Shown here: in pieces, positions 1 to 10,472 of the stretch | Layout: every line of letters starts with the position of its first letter | Numbering within the stretch: the stretch's first letter is position 1 | NCBI GenBank assembly: GCA_002269645.1 | Contig: NIVC01000197.1 | Location: 310,001 to 374,000 of the forward strand | DNA length: 64,000 bases | Source of the DNA: Macrostomum lignano | Lineage: Eukaryota | Direction of reading: 5' to 3' | The notes under the pieces: model-generated | Told to the model about the DNA's origin: nothing | The model's input: only the letters and a program-made list of their open reading frames with translations | The model's database searches: none | Position numbers and translations under genes: made by a program

Positions 1-594
1 CCCAGATCTGAATTCGCCTCATTTTTAACGAAAGTAACTTGATAAAGATTCAATCTTGTGAAACAACCCTCTTCCGTGACGCAATTATTACGATGAGATA
101 ATGAGAGTTTGTATTGTAAAATGTTTCTACTTGAAAGTTTGTAGCGATTTGAAGATTCTCACAGGGGTGAGTTTGATTCCGCCTGAGTTTGTTTTGCTTG
201 CTAGACCGACTCTGTTAGTTCTTTAATTAGCTGTTTTTTCAGTTTTAATTTGCCCCAAGCATCGCAGGTAGTTGGTGCCGGAGTTTTGTGTGCTACTTTT
301 TTCTCAAAGTTTCATAAGTCTGGCTTTTCTTTTGTGGGTCAGTGTTTTTTTGCTAGTCGGTAAATAGGCTGTTTTCCTATGCAGAGCTGTTCAGTGTCAC
401 CTGCTGCTCTTGTCTAATCTATAGTCTAGAACTGTTTCGTCTGCATTGGGCTTTATTATCGCTAACTGGTTTGCTAAGCAGAAAAACAGTGCAACTTGAA
501 ATGAAGAAAGTAAATTAACACCGTGTGTCTGCTTCCCAATCTACAAGGCTTTTAATTTACCTCTAAACTGTTTATGATCAATATCTGACAGATC

Positions 595-1655
595 CCATTT
601 GATTTGATCCCTACAGCAGATCCCAATCTCATTTGATCCCTACAGCAGATCCAGATCCCATTTGATTTGATCCCTACAGCAGATCCCGATCCCATTTGAT
701 TTGATCCCTACAGAAGATCCCGATCTCATTTGATCCCTACAGCAGATCCAGATCCCATTTGATTTGATCCCTACAGCAGATCCCGATCCCATTTGATTTG
801 ATCCCTACAGCAACAACAGATCCCGATCCTATTTGATTTGATCCCTCCAGCAGATCCCGATCTCATTTGATCCCTACAGCAGATCCCGATCTCATTTGAT
901 CCCTACAGCAGATCCCGATCTCATTTGATCCCTACAGCAGATCCCGATCCCATTTGATTTGATCCCTACAGCAGATCCCGATCCCATTTGATTTGATCCC
1001 TACAGCAGATCCCAATCTCATTTGATCCCTACAGCAGATCCAGATCCCATTTGATTTGATCCCTACAGCAGATCCAGATCCCATTTGATTTGATCCCTAC
1101 AGCAGATCCCGATCCCATTTGATTTGATCCCTACAGCAACAGCAGATCCCGATCCTATTTGATTTGATCCCTACAGCAGATCCCGATCCTATTTGATTTG
1201 ATCCCTCCAGCAGATCCCGATCTCATTTGATCCCTACAGCAGATCCCGATCTTATTTGATCCCTACAGCACATCCAGATCCCATTTGATTTGATCCCTAC
1301 AGAAGATCCCGATCTCATTTGATCCCTACAGCAGATCCAGATCCCATTTGATTTGATCCCTACAGCAGATCCCGATCCCATTTGATTGGATCCCTACAGC
1401 AACAGCAGATCCCGATCCTATTTGATTTGATCCCTACAGCAGATCCCGATCCCATTTGATTTGATCCCTACAGCAACAGCAGATCCCGATCCCATTTGAT
1501 TTGATCCCTACAGCAACAGCAGATCCCGATCCTTTTTGATTTGATCCCTACAGCAGATCCAGATCCCATTTGATTTGATTTGATCTCTACAGCAGATCCC
1601 GATCCCATTTGATTTGATCTCTACAGCAGATCCCGATCTCATTTGATTTGATCCT
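595..1655. repeat. Minisatellite array, ~33-43 bp variable unit (GATCCCATTTGATTTGATCCCTACAGCAGATCCC), probably in an upstream intron of the MAP1/Futsch gene
   Basis: Directly visible tandem repetition of gatccctacagcagatcc/atttgattt modules. Confidence 0.95.
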
Positions 1656-1817
1656 GACAAGAGGGTTTAAAATTAGTTGTCAAGGACAAGCCCAGTTACA
1701 TATGATCGAACCAGGAACACAGATCCCCACTCTCCATCCTCTTTGATGAAATTTTCGTGTTTTCATTCAAAGCTAGCATCAGTAGTTACTGTTAGCTCAA
1801 TTATCCTTCATGCACAG

Positions 1818-4800
1818 GATTTATGCCAGAATCTCTAATCTGCCAATTCCCAGGCGAGTCCGTCATCCGCGTATTCTCCGACAAGCTCTGCGTTGCCGCT
1901 CTCATCAACCCGGGCCTGTTCACCTTGGCCAGCCAGCTCGAATGGCTGCTGCAGACGCCATTCATCAACCGGCATCTGGTGTTCGCCGGCCGCCAGTCCG
2001 ACGAACTTGGCGACTGGCTGCTCAAGGATGCCAGCGTGTCGCCCGCTCGCCTCGGCCAGATGCTGCGCTCTGCACCCGACGCTTCGCTGCCGCCAGATCA
2101 TCGGTGAGATGCAGTTGGATGCGATAGATTGGTAGTTGGATGCGGTAGATTGGTAGTTGGATGCGATAGATTGGTAGTTGGATGCGGTAGATTGGTAGTT
2201 GGATGCGGTAGATTGGTAGTTGGATGCGATAGATTGGTAGTTGGATGCGGTAGATTGGTAGTTGGATGCGATAGATTGGTAGTTGGATGCGGTAGATTGG
2301 TAGTTGGATGCGATAGATAGTAGTTGGATGCGATAGATTGGTAGTTGGATGCGGTAGATTGGTAATTGGATGCGATAGATTGGTAGTTGGATGCGGTAGA
2401 TTGGTAGTTGGATGCGGTAGATTGGTAGTTGGATGCGATAGATTGGTAGTTGGATGCGGTAGATTGGTAGTTGGATGCGATAGATGGTAGTTGGATGCGA
2501 TAGATAGTAGTTGGATGCGATAGATTGGTAGTTGGATGCGATAGATTGGTAGTTGGATGCGGTAGATTGGTAGTTGGATGCGGTAGATTGGTAGTTGGAT
2601 GCGATAGATTGGTAGTTGGATGCTGTAGATTGGTAGTTGGATGCGGTACATTGGTAGTTGGATGTGGTACATTGGTAGTTGGATGCGGTAGATTGGTAGT
2701 TGGATGTGGTACATTGGTAGTTGGATGTGGTACATTGGTAGTTGGATGCGATAGATTAGTGGTTGTTGATGTGCAGCAGTCTGGTAGATGGGAGGTGAGA
2801 TTAACAGCCACCCCCGACTCCGCTCCCATTCCAGATTCAGCATCTCCTGCGCTCTGAACGCGGCCGGCTCAAGCTGGAAGTCGGCGAAGCCGCCTCTGAC
2901 GGAATTCCGCGCCCACGCCCAGCAGTCGGAATTGGACCCATCGGCCGTGCCTGGCGCCGTCCAGCTGGCCGGATTCCTGGCCGGCAAGCAGTGCGGCCTG
3001 GCCAATGTTGAGCAGCGACTCCGGCCAGCCGGCACAGTGGGTAACATTCGAATCGCCAAGCCCACGCTGTACGTGTTCCCGGCCGGCCTGGGCGACTCCT
3101 GCTACCTGGGCGTGGACGGGTTCGGCCTGCTGGTGAACACCGGTGCCGGCAGGACCCCCGCCTTCTGGCCCTTCCTGGCCCATCTGGATCGGGTGAGTCC
3201 TGGCAGCTGTTATCCATGCTGTCCGTGAACTCATCTGGGGCTTGTACATGCATGGCGATTAGAAAGTCAGGGCCGCTGTGCACCCTCCCGACCGAAAATA
3301 ATTGCCCTCTCAAAAACAGTAAGTGTGCCAATTGTGCCGCAGCTATACCACTTGGCTTTTTACGCTGCATATTTTTACAAATCATAAGTCCGGATTGTCT
3401 CATTTCCTAGAAAGTTTGAAGCCTTTGCTAGAAATCAGCTGCTCCTTCTTAGAATTGAAAAATCAGTTTTATATAAGTCTGCAGATTGCCCAGAATTACG
3501 AGGGGTGATCAAAAAGTTCTGCAAGTGACCTCACAACTCCGTGCTACAGCAGCCGAGGCGTCTAATCAGTGTCACATTCCCTTAAAGTAGTTTCCACCAC
3601 TATCTATGCACCGTCGCATCCGTGTGCACCATGTCTGAAAGCAGTCATGGTACTCCAAAGTTGGTATACCCTGTAGAGCTGAATTTACCGCTTGGGCAAA
3701 GTCTTGCATGCGTGAAAACGGCCTCCCAGAAATGACGGATTTGATCCTCGGGAACAGCCAAAAGTCGGAAGGTGCTAGGTCTAGAGAGTAGGGTGAATGG
3801 GGCAGCAGCTGGACCCCCTGCTGCTCCAGGTACGCCATGGTTGAGGCCGCTCTGTGCGGTGCCGCATTGTCATGGTGCAGCAGGAGTCGAGGTCCATGCT
3901 TGGTTCGCGCACGTTCCTGCCGCTCCTGCAGCACGCCTGGCAGAACAGTGTCTGTGTAGTACCTGGCAGTCACTGTGGCACCCGCTGGAAGGATGTTCAC
4001 CGATACAACACCCTGAGAGTTGAAAAAAATGGTGAACATCCGCTTCCGACTGCGGAATCCGGTCTTCAGCACCTCAGGCCTTGGCTCATCTTCTGCCAGC
4101 CAGACCATGTTGGACTGCTTATCCCTCATGGTAAAGAAGGAGATACAACATTTGTCTCCTGTGATGACATCTGACAGTTGTCGTGGGCCGTGGGGCTCAA
4201 ACATTTGCAGCCACAAGCGACAGATGCGCACCCTCTCTGCTTGCTGCTCCGGAGTGAGAAGATGGGGTACCCACCGAGCGCAGGTCTTTGTGCGGCCTAG
4301 TTGCTCATGCATGATGTTATGAGCACTTTCATAGCTGACACCAAGCTCATAGGCAATGAATCTTAGCAAAAAGCTCCAATCCTCATGAATTATTGCATCG
4401 GCATGGGCCACGACATCTTCGGTCACGGATGTCCGGGGTCGGCCAGACCTTGGTTCATCGTTGAAGCTGTCCCAGCCTTCCAAGAAATGGCGCAGCCAGC
4501 AGGCAACTGTGTCAAATGATGGAGCAGGGTCAGCTAAAACATTCACAAAACATGGTGTGAATCTCTGTCACTTTGCAACCAAGTTGCATGCACATAAAGA
4601 TATAGAAGCGAACACTGTCTTTTGATGTTTCCATCAGCTACTGAAAACACATGGAAAATATATGGCTGTGAAATTTTAATGGAGCACATTTGGAAGCCAA
4701 AAATGCATATAAATATAGCAAACAGATATAGCCGCATATGTGTAAGTTTTTGGCTTTTGCTGATTCTATAACTAAAAGCTATAACAAAAGGTTGCAGAAC

Positions 4801-7800
4801 TTTTTGATCACCCCTCGTAGATGTCTTTCTTAGAATCTTACGTAAGATTCTTTCCTACCGTACATCAGTTTGACTTCTTTCCCTATCGAAGAATTCTGGT
4901 TTTGAATGTTGAAGGTTGAAGTTAAAGTTCGAATATCGAATAAGTGTAGAGCTCGGCCCCCGACCGCAGGTGGACGGCCTCCTACTCAGCCACTGGGATC
5001 ACGACAACCTGCCCGGCCTGCTGGCTCTGCTAGAGCGCCTATCGGTGAAGGAGGCCGGCGGCGGAGCCCCGGTCCTCGGCTGCGCCCTGCTGCCCTGCCG
5101 GCCACGACTGGCCGACGAAGCGGCCTCCGATGCGGCTGCCGCAAACGGCGGCCAGCACCGGCTGGAGGCGAGCATCCGCCGAGACGCCGTGTCGGCAATG
5201 CGGCTGTTCCGCAGCCTCGGCGTCCATCTGGAGGAGGTGCGCAGGCTGGGCACCGGTCAGCCGCAGCCGATGACGCTGTACAGCAAGCTGGGCAACGGCT
5301 CGCTGGATCTCTACCCGCTGCAGCCGGTAGCCGACGCCAAAGAGTTCAAAGACTTTTTCAACCAGCTGCTGCACTCGCAGGCCTCATCGGCCGGCGGCAA
5401 GCCGTGGCCACTGGCCAAAGTTGGCAACTGCCAGGCCAGCCCGGCTCACGCCAACTCGCTCTGCTGCCTGCTGGTCTGGCGGCCCAGCGATCCTAAGGCG
5501 GCTTGGACTCGCCTGCTGCTGCCCGGCTGCTGTCCGCAGCTGCGCGTCATTGAAGGCTTGGAGAAGGTGATTGTTGCATGAATCTGTAGCTAGACCTATG
5601 TTAGACTCTTTGTTCTCTAAATTAATAAATCATTCTTCTTACCAAAGATCTTAAAAGTCATTGAATCGCCCTCAGAATGGTCATTAAGGCGCCCTCAGAA
5701 TGGTCATTGACTCACCCTCAAAATGGTCATTGACTCACCCTAAGAATGGTCATTGAAGCGCCCTCAGAATGGTCATTGACTCACCCTCAGAATGGTCATT
5801 GAAGCGCCCTCAGAATGGTCATTGAAGCGCCCTCAGAATGGTCATTGACTCACCCTCAGAATGGTCATTGAAGCGCCCTCAGAATGGTCATTAAATCGCC
5901 TTCAGACACCTGACTGCCACCCGACCGGCTTATTCCCATTCATTCAGGTGCGCGGCCTGGACTGCTTGAAGACGGCTGAGTATTCACCCGCCGCCGCCGC
6001 CGCCGCGGCTCACAAGCCGGCCAGCGCCGCGGCCAAGAAAACCGCCGCCGCTTCTGGCGACCACGCCGGCCCGACTGCTGCCGCCGCCAAGCCCCGTCCA
6101 AAACCGTCGTCGGCCACCGCCGCCGCTCCCGCCGCCAAGAAGGCCGCGGCTGCTGCTCCTATCGTGAAGAAGCCGGTTGCCTCGGCTGCAGATCCCGGCA
6201 AAACTGCCGCCCCAGCCGCTTCTGGCAAGTCGACAAACGCCGCCTCCAAGTCTTCCATGTCCGCTTCGGCCTCGGCCAGGCCAACCGCTGCTGCCCCGAA
6301 AAAGGAGCCGGCCAAGGCTGGCGCTGGCGTCAAGACCGCGGGCGCGGCGGCGTCCAAACCAACTTCTGCTGCCGGCCGGAAGGCCGCCGCAGCTCCGGCC
6401 TCGTCCAAATCCTCGGCGACTCCGGCTGCTCCGGCGGCGACTCCGGCTGCTCCAGCGGCAACTCCGGTCGCTGATGCCGCTGCCGCTTCACCGCCAGCTG
6501 CTGCTGAGGAGAGTCTGGTGACTGAGCAGCACCAGCCAGATTCTGCTGCCGCTGTTGAAGAGATTCCGCTGGCTAGCGGCGACGGCGGAAGCGGCAATGC
6601 CGCTCAGGAGGTCGCCTCGGAGGTCAAGGAAGTCACGGTTAGTGAGATTCAGGATGTGGGTAGCAGACACACCTGATATTCAGGATGTGGGCAGCAGACA
6701 CACCTGAGATTGAGGATGTGGGCAGCAGACACACCTGAGATTGAGGATGTGGGCAGAAGACACACCTGAGATTGAGGATGTGGGCAGCAGACACACCTGA
6801 GATTGAGGATGTGGGCAGCAGACACACCTGAGATTGAGGATGTGGGCAGCAGACACACCTGAGATTGAGGATGTGGGCAGCAGACACACCTGAGATTGAG
6901 GATGTGGGCAGCAGACACACCTGAGATTGAGGATGTGGGCAGAAGACACACCTGAGATTGAGGATGTGGGCAGCAGACACCTGAGATTGAGGATGTGGGC
7001 AGCAGACACCTGAGATTGAGGATGTGGGCAGCAGACACACCTGAGATTGAGGATGTGGGCAGCAGACACACCTGAGATTGAGGATGTGGGCAGCAGACAC
7101 ACCTGAGATTGAGGATGTGGGCAGAAGACACACCTGAGATTGAGGATGTGGGCAGCAGACACACCTGAGATTGAGGATGTGGGCAGCAGACACACCTGGG
7201 ATTCAGGATGTGGGCAGCAGACACACCTGAGATTGAGGATGTGGGCAGCAGACACACCTGGGATTCAGGATGTGGGTAGCGCAGACACCTGATAACGAAG
7301 AAGTTACTTTAGATAGTGGAAGCCCAACCGCACCCTTTACCTGCAATGTGCCGCCCACTAGGAGCAGCTAGGCGCGCAGCAGCAGGAGCAGCAGGAGGCC
7401 TGGGCTCTGAACGCCAACAACACAAATAGCGCCGAGGCGGACAGCGCCGAGCTGATTTCAGCCGATCAGCCGCTGGGGTTGCCAGCCCCGGCCCCAATAA
7501 GGTCGTCCAAACCGTCCGGTGGCGCGTCGGCCGCCGCAGTGAACTACGGCCCGGTGCACCCGCTGCACTTTGACCTGGCGTACGTGCCCGGCCACGGCGA
7601 GCGCCAGTTCGCCGACTCCGAGTACTTCAAGCGGGTCCGGGCTCGCTACTACGTGCTGAGCAGCTGCGACCCTCAGCCAGCTGTACTGGACTCGCTGCTC
7701 GAGGGCAAATCGGCCTGGCCAGAGCTCGAAGTCACGCTGATCCCTACGCATAGCAACCAGCTGCTGAGCACCTGGCTAAGCCAGAACGCCGTACGGATGC

Positions 7801-7913
7801 AGCAGCTGCACGTGACGGTGGCGCCGAGCGCCTCCGATTGCCGGATCCGGCTGCAGCAGCAGGGCGACGAGGCCGACGAACAGGCCTGCACCGCCTACCG
7901 CGTGGAGTTCTGA
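1818..7913 (+). CDS. futsch: MAP1/Futsch-family microtubule-associated protein (MAP1A/B/S-like), 3' part; exons 1818-2103, 2835-3192, 4970-5566, 5948-6637, 7362-7913; 5' exons lie upstream of the window
   Basis: GT-AG junctions with consistent phases (2,0,0,0). KPTLYVFPAGLGDS...FWPFLAHLDR|VDGLLLSHWDHDNLPGL matches the MAP1 N-terminal conserved block (C-YIFPGGRGDS...FWKLIRHLDRVDSILLTHIGDDNLPG). The last exon encodes the MAP1 light chain (DLAYVP...YFKRVRARYYV...LDSLLEGK..W..LEVTLIPTH...CTAYRVEF*). Family call from recalled motifs. Confidence 0.9.
2110..2760. repeat. 21-bp minisatellite (TAGATTGGTAGTTGGATGCGR) filling MAP1 intron 2104-2834
   Basis: About 30 visible tandem copies starting a few bases after the GTGAG donor at 2104. 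Confidence 0.95.
3499..4817 (-). mobile_element. Full-length mariner (Tc1/mariner, DD34D) transposon in a MAP1 intron, antisense to the host gene
   Basis: Perfect 26-bp TIRs CGAGGGGTGATCAAAAAGTTCTGCAA at 3499-3524 and reverse complement at 4792-4817; TA on both flanks (3497-3498, 4818-4819); length 1319 bp. Confidence 0.97.
3572..4634 (-). pseudogene. Mariner transposase, frameshifted near 4550
   Basis: ATG at 4634 gives METSKDSVRFYIFMCMQLGCKVTEIHTMF. One extra T in a T4 run shifts into ORF 3572-4546, which has EPRSGRP, WVPHLL, ITGD, HHDNAAPH and YSLDLAPSD with 34 residues between the 2nd and 3rd Asp. YSPDL is changed to YSLDL and TGDE to TGDK. Confidence 0.88.
5660..5900. repeat. 23-bp minisatellite (CGCCCTCAGAATGGTCATTGAAG / CACCCTCAGAATGGTCATTGACT) in MAP1 intron 5567-5947
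   Basis: About 10 visible copies. Confidence 0.93.
6645..7290. repeat. 31-bp minisatellite (GAGATTGAGGATGTGGGCAGCAGACACACCT) in MAP1 intron 6638-7361
   Basis: About 20 near-identical copies; period 31 measured between 6706 and 6737. Confidence 0.95.
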
Positions 7914-9059
7914 GCAACAGCGGAGGTTTTCAGGCGAAACAAGAACACAATGCGCGTTTTTTACCGACACTGACTGCTTACTGCTACTATTAGTTTAGTA
8001 GCTAATTGTGATTTTTATATTATTAATTATTATTATTATTATTTTATAAACCAGTTCGGCTTCGCTGTTTTTCATGTGCCCTAATTCCAGTTTTATTTGC
8101 GAGGCAGTTTAGCTATATTAATTAGAAATATTAGAAGCACTGCTAGCTATATGCATAAGTGCCATCTGAACTGTGTCCATGTTATGCCATACAGTCCCCC
8201 TCGCATCCTGATTCTGCTCTCTTTTATAATCCCACTTTTGTTGCTAAGCTTGCGCTAAATTAATAGTACAGGATGCACTTTTCTGAACTTATAAATTGCC
8301 CGCCTCACGGTAAATTGGACCGTTCCTCTATCATAACATTTTTATTGATCTGCGCGCCCTTTAGCTTTATTTCCTCTTTATACTACTAGTACTGGCCTAC
8401 ACGCTCGTGAGTAGTTGATACGCGTTTTCTTCTATTTTAGTCCATTTCTTCGAAAATCGACATATGAAATCCGTTCAAATTGCGCAACAATTCCCACTGC
8501 ACACAGGGCGTTTCTTTGTTTCATTTTATAGACATCCGGTGGCTTGGCCTGCAGCTTCCAATCTGTTTTCTGTGTCTCTTCAACAATTCTATAGCCTAAA
8601 TTTTAGTTCCAATTGCTTATTTATATTGTCCAGACGTATTTGAAACCTAACAATAGGTGGAACGGGAAATCACAAATCTGCGTTTTTTGCTTTGCAAACC
8701 GAGCAGTTTTTTTCACTCGCAAATTTCAAGTAACATCGTGATTCGTTGATCCTCATCATAATGCCCTTTGTTGTCCTCTGCTTCAAGCGCACAGCCTAGC
8801 AACAAAAAAACTAATTTATTTTCTCGAACAATCTTTGATGCAAGTCCGCTGTTCTCTCGCAACTATATTTATATTTTCTTGCGCCTAATTATTAAAATAA
8901 TCATTTACGAAATTACGATATTTATTGTCTTTAATTGCAAAATAGACGAAGACAGAAAAGCTTAGTAACTCCCTGCACTGTCGTGTTGCATCAAACCACT
9001 TTGACACGTTTCAAACTGCTGGCTGCATCATTGGATGATGCTTAGTGAGATGCTTGCTA

Positions 9060-9725
9060 AGTGAGTAGCTGAGTGGGATGGTTGAGTGGCGGTTGCTGAG
9101 TGGGGGTTGTTTGCTGAGTGGGCAGAATCACTGAGTCGAATGGTTGAGTGGGCAGGATTGCTGAGCGGGATGGTTGAGTGGGCAGGATTGCTGAGCGGGA
9201 TGGTTGAGTGGGCAGGATTGCTGAGCGGGATGGTTGAGTGGGCAGGATTGCTGAGCGGGATGGTTGAGTGGGCAGGATTGCTGAGCGGGATGGTTGAGTG
9301 GGGAGGGTTGCTGAGCGGGATGGTTGAGTGGGCAGGATTGCTGAGCGGGATGGTTGAGTGGGCAGGATTGCTGAGCGGGATGGTTGAGTGGGCAGGATTA
9401 CTGAGCGGGATGGTTGAGTGGGGAGGGTTGCTGAGCGGGATGGTTGAGTGGGCAGGATTGCTGAGCGGGTTGGTTGAGTGGGCAGGATTGCTGAGCGGGA
9501 TGGTTGAGTGGGCAGGATTGCTGAGCGGGATGGTTGAGTGGGGAGGGTTGCTGAGCGGGATGGTTGAGTGGGCAGGACTGCTGAGCGGGATTGTTGAGTG
9601 GGGAGGGTTGCTGAGCGGATGGTTGAGTGGGCAGGATTGCTGAGCGGGATGGTTGAGTGGGCAGGATTGCTGAGCGGGATGGATGAGTGGGGAGGGTTGC
9701 TGAGTGAGTGGGGTTTGCTGAGTGG
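9060..9725. repeat. 30-bp minisatellite (GAGTGGGCAGGATTGCTGAGCGGGATGGTT) between the convergent MAP1 and Mondo genes
   Basis: About 20 visible copies; source of the spurious MVEWAGLLSG ORFs. Confidence 0.95.
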
Positions 9726-10472
9726 CAGTTATGGTGTACCGGTATCTGCGTTGAATCGTGAAAAGCAGCAACACCGCCCCATCAAAATTAAAAGTCAGAA
9801 GTTTAGCTTTATTAAATGTGGGTTAGATGTGAACGAGCCTTTAATTTAAGATGCATCTATGTTGATGGATTCATAAATTCATGTCGAGTCTAGCATAGCA
9901 ACAAAGAATTCTGCAGTTCAACTGCCACGCCAATATTTCAATCTGGGCTATGGAACCAAGGTGAAGAACCATCGCTTCAAACAAAGTACGAGCGTATGTA
10001 TTATATATGTACAAAACAAGGCAAAAGTACATTACATTAGAATGAATAATGTGGCCACTAAATAGCTATACTAGTTACAAAGCTACTACTACAAGTAGGC
10101 AACGCACATACAATAAGAAAGAGCCTGACAAATCAGAAAAATCACCAATTAAACTACAGTAAAAAAACTCTGGGTGTATCGTTGGAGCGAGAAATTCTGC
10201 TACAGAGGGGCGAGTTGTCGTTAGCAGTAATGCAAACAGTAGCAGGGAAGGGCATCACAGATAAGGTGGCCTCTAGCCGAGATTAACTCCGGTTGGGGCA
10301 GAGAACGGATGACGATTAAATGAGTTTGTGTACAGCGCCAACTCTAGCTACGAGTAATTTCATATCTACTATATACAATCAAAGCAGTGAAACTCGAACC
10401 ATTCAAAATATAGAGGGTTCAGGGTTAATGTGTACGTAACATAATTGCAATCTGGCCAACGCTCACTTGGGC

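Noticed and set aside
2022-3065. Minus-strand ORFs with IYRIQLP / HPTTNL repeats
   Set aside because: Translations of the 21-bp intronic minisatellite antisense to MAP1.
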